Assembly (NCBI GenBank): GCA_050949565.1
Contig: JBMNFY010000017.1
Coordinates: 32,001-96,000, forward strand
DNA: 64,000 nt
From: Kiritimatiellia bacterium
Lineage (GTDB): Bacteria > Verrucomicrobiota > Kiritimatiellia > RFP12 > UBA1067
Direction: 5' to 3'
Shown here: piece after piece, positions 11,101 to 18,440 of the stretch
Layout of the letters: each line of letters starts with the position of its first letter
Numbering within the stretch: the stretch's first letter is position 1
The notes under the pieces: generated by a model
What the model saw: only the letters and a program-made list of their open reading frames with translations
Told to the model about the DNA's origin: nothing
Database searches by the model: none
Position numbers and translations under genes: made by a program

Positions 11101-11987
11101 ACATGACGAACATCGTCATGCTGGGCAACGGCACGCCACTACAAGGCCGTTTCAGCATCCCGGCCACTAAACGATATCACAGCGGCGGCCGCGTCTTCCT
11201 GAACCTGAACGGCGGCGTGCTTGAAACGCGAGGGCTCTGCTCAGCGGTCGCGAACCTCAATGGCTCCTCGGACGATTATCTGTACGGTGTCAACGAGCTT
11301 ACCGTGCTGACCGGCGGCGCGGTGATCGACACGCTGACCAATAGCGTGGCGATCCGCCAAACGTTCACGGCAGGAGCCGAAGGTGACGGCGGCGTGACCA
11401 AGCTGGGCAGCGGCACGCTTACGCTGGTCGAAGATGTCGCGCTCACCGGACGCGTCCACGTTGCCGAGGGCACGCTCGACGCAGCATTTACAACGACACC
11501 CGATCTGGCTGTCGGTGCGACCGGTGTGCTTGACCTCGGGCAAAACGTCGGCGCCGCGCGCTTTACGCATGTCACGGGCACCGGCACGGTCACCAACGGC
11601 AACTTCACCGTCGCCGGGTCGCTGAGCGCTGGCGACGCGCCGGGAGAAATCGGTGTCTTCCATGCCGAAACGTTGGCTTTTGAAAACGGCGTGACGCTGT
11701 ACCTCGACTGGTCCGAGGCCGCCAACGATCTCTTCGCGGTCAGCGGAACGCTCACCGGCGCATCCGGCGGCACCATCGACTTTGGCCGCGAGGAAGGCGA
11801 TGCGATCCCGGTACCGATGACGACCGTGATCGGCACGTACGGCAATTTCAACGGCGGCTTCCGCGGCTGGAAAGTGCGCAACGCCGGTCTGCCGCCGCGT
11901 GTGGGCCTCTCTGCGCGCATCACGGCGGAGGACGGCGTGGTGACGCTATCCATCGCCAATAGCGGCCTGATTATGTTGTTGCGGTAA
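5097..11987 (+). CDS. C-terminal part of the same giant beta-helix/adhesin-like protein (about 2820 aa when joined)
   Basis: Many 'GGLxKxGxGTLxLxxxNTxSGGxRxxxGTL' and 'WxxxxxGxWxxxxNW' repeats. Ends in SGLIMLLR with no beta-barrel translocator. Confidence 0.88.
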   Translation: MTRSTSRVGGYIGKINLHLKQRGPTDLDFNLPGDYVLFTYASEPPDITLLTHANRAFGTTSSFIVDRAAKTVTLRRLMVNTTETTWSNPAGGAWETADNWTTPPINAPETRARFWDAITAPATVTLNTDTRIGGFSFNNSQPYTLSGNGTLTIGDQFGTGYLVSDVGSHAVALDIELAAPINMGAPASHTLTLSGVLSGSGGIIKGNAGTLHLTAANTFSGGVRIDGGTLTIPSLDVLGSGPLTLAGGTALMTGGGSATYANPLYVQANGVLDLGSTDLTLTGPIDWTGAGILTKQGEGELILAGSANENNGAYRFNFRQGVTRLAAGTAYTLRGNDRDVLQTTYSAVGQTSKLVIEPGAVLTAGGMRLMAGSYAGTSTVHVAGGRLDLLDAESTIVNATGGRADLLIDNGGSLYAAKGWFNLGVNGLGTLTVTNGSVSLSLLSIAGYGDTISTGSRKGSAAVTVGPGGVFEVRDYFNWINDDQNNLASLRLDGGRLILPVTARAVGSIGTASVVLNGGVFDCAGLPTLTTVNAQIAPSLDDYLFGVDELFLGADGITIDTRLHNVTITQPLVMESGSTVAAGFTKTGAGSLTLAGDHAFNAPVTVQAGTLALTSLPNNAVQVASGATLNPSFNSVRTDAVTTATFGDNTVLAVDLAEANSSDRLAVAGTLALGSRLTIWVNGDTLPGTFTLFTYGTLTGSANALRIGNPDGDFTYQFTDTGSAITLTVAANPNSVAWANDADGVWSANANWTPQTVPNGVGHSARFDLSFAQPRTVTLDLPVTLSALLFDAPIAPQVTGTASLSLNHSAMPSSIEVASGHPTLAVPVAVPAETTAWIAPDTSLTLAKNLSGTGALSVQGGGALMLMATNTIASTRVADATLQLGPDASLEAPLTLDNATLTTSADHTSAAAITSGTYGATVTPLDSTTLTLSGPVSGTGGLVKTGSSTLALTGPLTYQGTTVSSGGTLALATPPPADLRLGAGTFVHAGAAASLPGYLLNTESNGTAAVFANTADVTVTGRVQAVAGGFVKQGTGTLAFTYPGEQTLCVATQTALQDTLLNIGPNGDGPTAGFNPFTVSEGTVVLGAEGQVNTFSGSISVGHFSTADAGAETAAHLRIEGGTTTVAGHIAVGRGNGNTVTAPTPLVSTLTIDGGTVAAVGFAIGHNGGNTVGFNARPAVIVNGGDISLTRINIAEHLGSDCTLTLNDGTITLAENIQVGHQTSFGGGGTALITVNGGELVASNEINLGITPSATGTLHVAGGLVSARNIVVGEGCGRILLDGGTLHLWMGPMNAPQDVQIMAGGARIEVRSGRFTIARPLLAGEANDGGLVKIGAGMLALDSSEDHTFTGPVTVEEGILAFRNEAGAPLPAGTTLTVSPGASLYLTSEDIRNDRVMTVANATLGAAEPAVDATLAVWCGANNTCDQLAVTGNLTLGQVAVLLYQRGSLDPALYAGTYPILSYAGTDPDLTGLSVANPIASRTYAFSLDTVNKRVLLTVTTQPGLGEAIWTADNDGLWSQGPNWQNGTAPIAIDTAAFFANVLSEARTVTVDTPATLGGLVFDATNRYTVSGGETLTLSGSAPQMTLMRGDHEVSAPLAVAGAAAVSLAPNGNTLTIAGSVTGDSAALSLDTAGTLQVTNCVIDTALLVNAGTMRLEENADINGIVRVNDGEVLATGNATLDGAVELPPGNRSLRANSGATLTVNGTVVGVGTLVKDGGGGTLELTAANTHAGGTRVSNGTLALRGNGTPGRGDLTMAGGLLATLGSAPVAFDTAIGFVNNTTVDTTAPLTTGGALAMPDPRALTKRGTNVWSIGGTLFGSHASYRFYLRDGTVRFAPGSRFTMDTPGLNLRNQFDATSSYEGSALGLIIEPDAEVTFGGLGVQFNTTAPAGTFDMVMNGGRLTLTGTNPLGFGDVANMAISVVCNDGEFVTLRDDAWCDIGTRSPVDWTLNGGLVSLGRPAFGRMNDSGAGRFYGRVNLTIHGGTFEAREFFSWKSTDYAYMTNIVMLGNGTPLQGRFSIPATKRYHSGGRVFLNLNGGVLETRGLCSAVANLNGSSDDYLYGVNELTVLTGGAVIDTLTNSVAIRQTFTAGAEGDGGVTKLGSGTLTLVEDVALTGRVHVAEGTLDAAFTTTPDLAVGATGVLDLGQNVGAARFTHVTGTGTVTNGNFTVAGSLSAGDAPGEIGVFHAETLAFENGVTLYLDWSEAANDLFAVSGTLTGASGGTIDFGREEGDAIPVPMTTVIGTYGNFNGGFRGWKVRNAGLPPRVGLSARITAEDGVVTLSIANSGLIMLLR

Positions 11988-12001
11988 ATCGGAGATCAAA
12001 C

Positions 12002-13147
12002 ATGAAGAAACTGATTCAGATGATGACGGTAGTTGCGATGATCGCGGGAACGACTGGAGCCAAGGAGTGGCCCGGATTCACGCGGGGCATGGGCATCGGC
12101 GGATGGCTCACGAACTACAAGCGGTTTAATGTGCTGCCGCAACACCACCGCCTGCCGATCACGATCGGCGACCTGGAACACTTCGACACGTATATCACGG
12201 AGAAGGACATCGCGTACATCCGTGAGATGGGGTTCGATCATGTCCGCCTCGGCTTTGACCAGATCGTTCTGGAGGAGGCACCCGGCAAATACCGCGAGCG
12301 GACGTTCAAGAAGTTGGACGACTTTGTGGGGTGGTGCGAAAAGCACAATCTCAATATGGTGCTGAACATGCACAAGGCCGTGGGCAACTATTGCGACATC
12401 CCCGAGAAGGTGAAGCTCATCGACGACAAGGGACTTCAGGATCGATTCGTGGCGGTGTGGCTCGAAATCGAGCGTCGCTTCCATGACAAGCCTGCAATCG
12501 CGTTCGAGTTGCTGAACGAAGTCGTAAACGTGGATCCCGAAAAGTGGAACGCGCTTGCAGACCGCACACTGAAGGAACTTCGCGCACAGAATCCAGACCG
12601 CTGGATCGTGATCGGATCGACCTGCTGGAATTCAGCGGGCACGCTCTCCAAACTCAAAGTCTGGGATGACCCCAAGGTGGTTTACACATTCCACATGTAT
12701 GCGCCGCATGAATTCACACACCAGCGCGGTGTGCTCCAGGCCGGCCCGCTCTACTACAACCGCGTCATGGAGTATCCGACCACGGATGTCGAGCGTTATC
12801 GCGACTACAACCGGCTGCACGGCTCCAAGGACGGCGGCTACACGGGCGTGACCGCGATTGATCGGAATTTCATAAAAGGGTGCCTGCATGGCGCGCTCGA
12901 ATTCGTAAAGAAACATCCCGACAAGATTCTCTGGAACGGCGAGTTCGGCACAATCCGCCATGCGCCGCCGGCATCGCGCGTTGCCTACATGCGCGACATC
13001 GTCTCGATCTGTAAAGAGGCCGGCATTCCGTGGTGCGTGTGGAACTACCTCTCCACACCGAACGACGGCAACCGTTTCTCACTCGTAGACGACGACAACC
13101 GCAAAATCCTCTCCCCCGAGTTGCTCAAAGCCTGCTTGGGAGAGTAA
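12002..13147 (+). CDS. Glycoside hydrolase family 5 (cellulase family), secreted
   Basis: Signal peptide; 'GFDHVRL', 'FELLNEV' (acid/base Glu), 'YTFHMY', 'WNGEFG' (nucleophile Glu), 'PWCVWNY'. Confidence 0.92.
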   Translation: MKKLIQMMTVVAMIAGTTGAKEWPGFTRGMGIGGWLTNYKRFNVLPQHHRLPITIGDLEHFDTYITEKDIAYIREMGFDHVRLGFDQIVLEEAPGKYRERTFKKLDDFVGWCEKHNLNMVLNMHKAVGNYCDIPEKVKLIDDKGLQDRFVAVWLEIERRFHDKPAIAFELLNEVVNVDPEKWNALADRTLKELRAQNPDRWIVIGSTCWNSAGTLSKLKVWDDPKVVYTFHMYAPHEFTHQRGVLQAGPLYYNRVMEYPTTDVERYRDYNRLHGSKDGGYTGVTAIDRNFIKGCLHGALEFVKKHPDKILWNGEFGTIRHAPPASRVAYMRDIVSICKEAGIPWCVWNYLSTPNDGNRFSLVDDDNRKILSPELLKACLGE

Positions 13148-13159
13148 GGGGATTGGGTT

Positions 13160-13440
13160 CAGGTTTCTGGCTTTATCCAAATCGGGATCGCTATCGGGAT
13201 CGGGATCGAAATCGATTGTTGCGACCAGATAGTGGCTCGCAACGACGCGTGTAAAGACGCGGCAGCGTGACCGCCACCGGGCAAGCAGACGCTTGCCGCT
13301 CCCGGCGCTTCGCGAGCCCGATCATAGACTGGCGGGGCGAATGTTCCCACGAGCCGCCATCCAAATCATTTTCCTTGGCGGTTCAAAACTTTCAACGTTC
13401 AACTTTCACCGCTCAACTCTCAAGTATGCGGGTGGGGGCA
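13160..13440. repeat. Intergenic cluster of short-period repeats and REP-like palindromes
   Basis: 6-bp period ATCGGG/ATCGCT/ATCGAA at 13181-13215, hairpin GGCAAGCAGACGCTTGCC near 13280-13297, REP-like GGCGGGGCGAATGTTCCCACGAGCCGCC at 13331-13358, 7-bp period TTCAACG/TTCAACT at about 13390-13422. Confidence 0.65.
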
Positions 13441-13445
13441 CCCGC

Positions 13446-14315
13446 TTATTCGAAGGTCGGCAGGTCGCCGATTGCGTCGAAGGGGACGGGCGTGATCTTG
13501 AGCCAGCGGCAGGCCTCTTCGGGCGGGCCGTCCTCATGCTCGAAAAGGTGACGCCAGCGTTTCTGGAAGAGCAGGCCGTTGCGAACGACGACTGCGGCGT
13601 TGCGAACGGTCGGCGTACCTTGCGTGGTGACGCTCTCGAAGTGGTACATCTCCACATCCGACGTGTAGACTGCGGCATGACCGGCTTCGCGCAATCGGTA
13701 GACCAAGTCGAAATCCTCGAACTGTACCGGATGGAAGGCCTCGTCGAAACCGCCATGCAACTGCAACAGTTCGGCAGGGATCATCAGACAGGCGCTGATC
13801 AAGCACTGGACCTCCTCGAGTCGCGCGAAGCGCGGATCGTCGATCGGCGCGCCACGACCGCGGAAGCAGACGTGCCCGCGGCGCGAGATGCCGACGCCGG
13901 CGCACTGGATCGGGTAAGGCGCCCAAGGATAGACCATCTTGGCGCCTGCCATGCCGACGCCGGGACGGGATTCGAGTGCCGCGCGCAGCCCCTGCATCCA
14001 ACGTCGTGTACGCGGTGCCACGTCGTTATCGACAAACACGAGATGCGTGCCACGCGCCACGGCCACCGCGCGGTTGCGCGCAAAGGAGCAGCCGATGTTA
14101 CCGGGATTGTGCAGCACGGTGACCGGTACGCCGTGCGCCGCGCCCAACGCGACCAGTTCGGTGTCGCACCATTCCGCGCTGCCGTCGGTCGAGCCGTTAT
14201 CGACAACGATCATCTCCCACGGGGCATCGACGAGCGTGTCCGTCAGCAGTGCCGAGAGGCAGCGCCGCGTGCAGGCTAGCTTGTTGTGCGAAAGGGTGAT
14301 CAGCGAGTAAGTCAT
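13446..14315 (-). CDS. Glycosyltransferase family 2
   Basis: 'MIVVDNGSTDGS', 'NIGCSFARNRA', 'LVFVDND' (DxD), 'GGFDEAF...FEDFDLVYR'. Start chosen at MTYSL (14315), 1 bp after the upstream stop. Confidence 0.92.
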   Translation of the reverse strand: MTYSLITLSHNKLACTRRCLSALLTDTLVDAPWEMIVVDNGSTDGSAEWCDTELVALGAAHGVPVTVLHNPGNIGCSFARNRAVAVARGTHLVFVDNDVAPRTRRWMQGLRAALESRPGVGMAGAKMVYPWAPYPIQCAGVGISRRGHVCFRGRGAPIDDPRFARLEEVQCLISACLMIPAELLQLHGGFDEAFHPVQFEDFDLVYRLREAGHAAVYTSDVEMYHFESVTTQGTPTVRNAAVVVRNGLLFQKRWRHLFEHEDGPPEEACRWLKITPVPFDAIGDLPTFE

Positions 14316-14316
14316 T

Positions 14317-15288
14317 TCAGCCCATCCACTCACGGGCCAGCGCCAGAATGTCGTCGTAAGCGGGGAGACAGGCGGCCTCAAGGTTTTTGGCTGACGGAAT
14401 GGGGAAGTCAGCGCCCGCGATGCGGCGCACCGGTTTCTCCAGATACTCGTGGGCGTGCTCCATGATTTGCGCGGCGATCTCGGCCGCGAATCCGCCGGTC
14501 TTGGGGCCCTCCTCCAGAATCATGACGCGGCCGGTGCGGCGGGCCGACTCAGCCAGTGTGTCGATGTCCAACGGACAGAGCGTGCGCAGGTCGATAACCT
14601 CGGCATCGATGCCCTCAGCCGCCAGTTGCGCGGCAGCCCGCTCGGCTATAAAGGCTTGGTGCGACCAGGCGACGATCGTGAGGTCCTCCCCCTCGCGGGC
14701 GACACGCGCAAAACCGAACGGCAACGGTGTCGGCAGGTCGTCTTCTACATCAAAACGTTGCGGGTAGAGCAGTTTGTGTTCGAGGAACAGGACCGGGTTG
14801 TTGTCGCGGATCGCGGTTTGCAACAGCGCGGAGGCGTCGGTGGCGTTTGAGGGTGCCGCGATCTTGATGCCCGGGACACCGGCAAAGAGGCGTTCGAGCG
14901 ACTGCGAATGCGTAGCACCGTAACCGCGACCGCCGCCGGGTGGGGTGCGGATGACGAGCGGACAGGGACGACCGTAGATCGGATGGAGCTTAGCAGCCAT
15001 GTTGACAAGCTGATCGACGGCCAACGTGATGAAATCCATGAACATGATTTCGATCACGGGCCGCTGCCCCGCGACTGCCGCACCGATCGCGACGCCGGTC
15101 AGCGCCTGTTCCGAGATCGGGGTGTCGCGTATGCGCTCGGGACCGAACTCGTCGATCAGTCCGCGCGTCACGCCAAAGGAGCCGCCGTAGACGCCGATGT
15201 CTTCGCCCATCAGGAAGACCGAGGGATCGCGCCGCAGTTCAGCGGCCAGTGTTTCGCGAATGAGTTGTGTGAAGGTGACAGAACGCAT
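14317..15288 (-). CDS. Alpha-ketoacid dehydrogenase E1 component subunit beta (PdhB/AcoB-like)
   Basis: 'FLMGEDIG', 'DTPISEQ', 'EIMFMDF', 'ATHSQS', 'EVIDLRTL'. Confidence 0.93.
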   Translation of the reverse strand: MRSVTFTQLIRETLAAELRRDPSVFLMGEDIGVYGGSFGVTRGLIDEFGPERIRDTPISEQALTGVAIGAAVAGQRPVIEIMFMDFITLAVDQLVNMAAKLHPIYGRPCPLVIRTPPGGGRGYGATHSQSLERLFAGVPGIKIAAPSNATDASALLQTAIRDNNPVLFLEHKLLYPQRFDVEDDLPTPLPFGFARVAREGEDLTIVAWSHQAFIAERAAAQLAAEGIDAEVIDLRTLCPLDIDTLAESARRTGRVMILEEGPKTGGFAAEIAAQIMEHAHEYLEKPVRRIAGADFPIPSAKNLEAACLPAYDDILALAREWMG

Positions 15289-15327
15289 GACAGTCTCGAA
15301 ATAGAGGGTGAAGATTAAGACAGCGGG

Positions 15328-16272
15328 TTAAGCGAACAGATCCTCCTGCAACGAGGCCGGGTCCGGCAGCGGGGAGGATTCCGCGAAACGGATCGCGTCA
15401 TCGACGCATGCCTGAGCTTTTTCGCGCAGAGTCTTTGCGGTGGCGTCGGTGAGCGTTCCGTCGGCTTTGAGGCGCGTCTCCAGCCGCAGGATCGGGTCAT
15501 TCTCCCATGCGGCGGCCTCTTCTTCCCGCGACCGGTAAACACGCGGATCGCCGCGCGAATGGCCCGACAACCGGTAGGTGACGCACTCCAGCAACACTGG
15601 GCCTTGTCCGGCACGACAAACGGCCGCGTGCTGTGCCACGCAATCGCGCACAGCGAAAAAGTCATTGCCGTCCACACTGACACCCGTGATGCCATACGCG
15701 CTGGCGCGATCGGCAATGTGTGGGTTCGCCAGACCGCGCGCGGTAGGCGTGGACATGGCATAACCGTTGTTTTCAACCACAAAGAGGACAGGGAGTTTCC
15801 AGAGCGCAGCGAGGTTGAGCGTTTCGTGAAAGACGCCTTGGTTAGAGGCGCCGTCACCGAAAAAGCAGACGGTGACGCGACCGGTGTCGCGCAGCTTCGC
15901 ATCAAGCGCGACGCCGGTGGCGAAGGGGATGCTGCCGCCGGTGATGCCGTTCGCGCCGAAAAAGCCGATGGAAGGATCCATCATCATCTGGCTGCCGCCT
16001 CGGCCGCGCGAGTACCCCGTTTCGCGTCCGAAGAGTTCGGCCATAACGCGTTTGGGATCGGCACCGCGCGCCAGAAAGTGGCCGTGTCCACGGTGCGTGG
16101 TGGTCATGGCGTCACGCGTCTCGAGCGCCGCAGCCGTGCCGACAGCCACGGCTTCCTGCCCGATGCAGGTGTGTGCGGTGCCCATGATGCGTCCTTCAAG
16201 GAACAGACGCTCGATCGCCTCTTCAAAGAGGCGGATCATGCACATCAACGAATAAGCTTGAATGGTATCCAC
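15328..16272 (-). CDS. Thiamine diphosphate-dependent dehydrogenase E1 component subunit alpha (PdhA/AcoA-like)
   Basis: 'GQEAVAVG', 'HRGHGH', 'GRGGS', TPP-binding 'FGDGASNQG...ENN', 'TYRLSGHS..D'. Confidence 0.93.
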   Translation of the reverse strand: MDTIQAYSLMCMIRLFEEAIERLFLEGRIMGTAHTCIGQEAVAVGTAAALETRDAMTTTHRGHGHFLARGADPKRVMAELFGRETGYSRGRGGSQMMMDPSIGFFGANGITGGSIPFATGVALDAKLRDTGRVTVCFFGDGASNQGVFHETLNLAALWKLPVLFVVENNGYAMSTPTARGLANPHIADRASAYGITGVSVDGNDFFAVRDCVAQHAAVCRAGQGPVLLECVTYRLSGHSRGDPRVYRSREEEAAAWENDPILRLETRLKADGTLTDATAKTLREKAQACVDDAIRFAESSPLPDPASLQEDLFA

Positions 16273-16458
16273 GAAGTTCCCCTCCCCCGGTAAAATACGC
16301 CTTCACCTTACCACACCCTGTCTGGGGGGCAAAGAGCAAATTTATTGAGGTTGCGCAGGCGCGGTATGTCATAGTCATGGACACCGTAGCCAAAATCGCG
16401 GTGTCCGGAAATCAAGCGCATCCGTCAAATACTGGACACCGTGCTAGAATCGGCTCGC

Positions 16459-17717
16459 ATGAGAAACGAGATGTCACGGAAAGCCACGATGGAATACGTC
16501 GGCGCGAAGCGTCGCGCCTATTCAAAACTGAAGAGCAAGAAGGCCAAGAGTGCCGCGATCGACGACTTCTGCCAGGTCACGGGGGCCGAGCGCAAATACG
16601 CCATCCGGCTGCTGACCGGCAACCGGAAGTACCGCGATCACGCCGGGCGCGGGAAGACGTACACGCCCGGGGCGGAAGCCCTGTTCCTGCGTCTCTGGCG
16701 CGCCTCGGGACGCATGACGCCCCAGTACCTTGTGACCGTGGCGGACCGCCAGATGGCCGCGCTGCGCGAGCTCGAGCATGTCGACGAGGCGGCCGCGGCG
16801 CAGGTTCTGCGCATGAGCGCGTCGACGATGGAGCGCATCCTCCGCAAGCACCCGCGCGAGGCCCCGCGCCGCCGCAACCGCCGCAGCGGGGCGAACGCGC
16901 TGGCGTCGAGCGTCCCCTGCGTCCCGGGCGAGGCGCTGCCGCCCGCCGCCCCCGGCGACACGCAGGTCGACACGGTCGCGCTCTGCGGGGGCGACATGAG
17001 CGGCAACTTCTTCTGGATCCTCACGCTCACGGACCGCCTGACGCAGTGGACGGAGCTGCGCTGCGTCTGGAACCGCGGCGCGGCCGCGACCAAGGAAGGC
17101 CTCGCCGACGCCGAGGCCGCGTTCCCGTTCCCGCTCACGGCCATGCACTCGGACAGCGGGCTGGAGTTCCTCAACGCCCACGTGCTCGGCTACGCGCGGG
17201 ACCGCCCCCGCCCCTCGCCTTCACCCGTTCCCGCCCCGGGAACAAGAACGACAACGCCCGCGTGGAGCAGAAGAACGCCTCCGTCGTCCGCGAGTATTTC
17301 GGCTACGAGCGCATCGACCGCCTCGAGCTCAAGAAGGACATGGACGTCCTGTGCGCGAAGATATCGCTGTACAACAACCTCTTCCGCCCCTGCAAGCGGC
17401 TCATCTCCAAAACCAAAAGGCCGGACTCGCACGGCTTCTCCAAGCGTTACGACAAGCCCGCCACGCCCCTCGACAGGGTGATTGCGTCGGGATACGCGGA
17501 CCCCGCCGTGATCCGGCGTCTTACCGCGCTCCGCGAAAAGACCAATCCGATCCGCCTCCTTGAGGACATCCGCCGCCGATACGCGCTGATCCTGCGCAAG
17601 CAGAACAAGCTCGCCAAACGCGAAGCGCAAGGGATGACCACCCCGGGTTCCGCGCCCTGTCCCGCCGGAATACCGGCGGGACAGGGCGCGGAACCCGGCC
17701 ACCCTTCACGCCGTTGA
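16459..17717 (+). CDS. DDE-type integrase/transposase, split by a frameshift in a C-run near 17203-17218
   Basis: First frame: 'IDDFCQVTGAERKYAIRLL', 'PGDTQVDTVALCG', 'MHSDSGLEFLN'. Second frame: 'FTRSRPGNKNDNARVEQKN', 'YNNLFRP', 'YDKPATPLDR'. Confidence 0.88.
17643..17698. repeat. Perfect 26-bp inverted repeat with 4-nt loop in the transposase 3' end
   Basis: CCGGGTTCCGCGCCCTGTCCCGCCGG-AATA-CCGGCGGGACAGGGCGCGGAACCCGG. Confidence 0.9.
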
Positions 17718-17871
17718 CCAGCCCCTCGTCCCTTGACCCCCTCGGTGTCCAGTATTTGACGGATCGTCACCGCCTCAAAAAAACCTACGGTGTCTTTTCT
17801 ATTTGACGGACCGCGGAGAGGGTATCCACTCTCGCTTTGACTGCGACGGTGCCCGGCAGTATCCTGTACGC

Positions 17872-18336
17872 ATGACAACTCCGCTCCATCTTGTGTTGGT
17901 CAAACCGCAGATTCCGCATAACACCGGTGCGATCGGGCGCCTCTGTGTGGGGCTCGACTGCACGCTGCATCTCATCCGTCCGCTGGGCTTTCATCTTTCT
18001 GACGAGTATATCCGGCGCGCGGGGCTGGACTACTGGCAGCACCTGCGCCTGACCGTACACGATTCGTGGTCGGCGTTCCTCGCCGCCGTGCAGCCGCCGC
18101 GCCTCTTTTTCCTCAGCACGCACGGCACGCGCACGCTCTTTGACTGCTCCTTCCAGCCGTATGATGCGCTGGTTTTCGGCAACGAGGGGTCTGGCCTGCC
18201 GCCCCACTTTTACGACGATTATCGCGACCGCCTCGTCACTCTGCCCATGCCCGGCCCGCATGCGCGCAGCATCAATCTCGCCAATGCCGCGGCCGCCGCT
18301 GCATACGAGTTCTACCGGCAGGTGGGCCGCGCGTAG
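17872..18336 (+). CDS. trmL: tRNA (cytidine/uridine-34-2'-O)-methyltransferase, SPOUT family
   Basis: 'PQIPHNTGAIGRLC', 'LHLIRPLGF', 'RRAGLDYW', 'VFGNEGSGLP', 'RSINLANA'. Confidence 0.93.
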   Translation: MTTPLHLVLVKPQIPHNTGAIGRLCVGLDCTLHLIRPLGFHLSDEYIRRAGLDYWQHLRLTVHDSWSAFLAAVQPPRLFFLSTHGTRTLFDCSFQPYDALVFGNEGSGLPPHFYDDYRDRLVTLPMPGPHARSINLANAAAAAAYEFYRQVGRA

Positions 18337-18440
18337 CGTTGTTGGGCGCAGACTTGACGAGCAAAGCGCATGCCGACTGCTCCCAGTCGGACGCGAACGT
18401 CCGGAAATCCGCTGCGTCAAGGGGGCGGTTCACCGCCATG

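Larger units (their letters stand above)
16360..17815 (+). mobile_element. Insertion sequence with an rve/integrase-core DDE transposase and doubled terminal inverted repeats
   Basis: Perfect 22-bp inner IR ATCCGTCAAATACTGGACACCG at 16420-16441 and 17743-17764. Imperfect outer IR CGCGGT..GTCA..GACACCGTAG at 16360-16389 and 17785-17815. Interior is more GC-rich. No clear target duplication. Confidence 0.8.

Noticed and set aside
17195-17225. Programmed ribosomal frameshift in the transposase
   Set aside because: No A-rich slippery heptamer; the shift lies in C-runs within the catalytic core, so a sequencing error or mutation is more likely.
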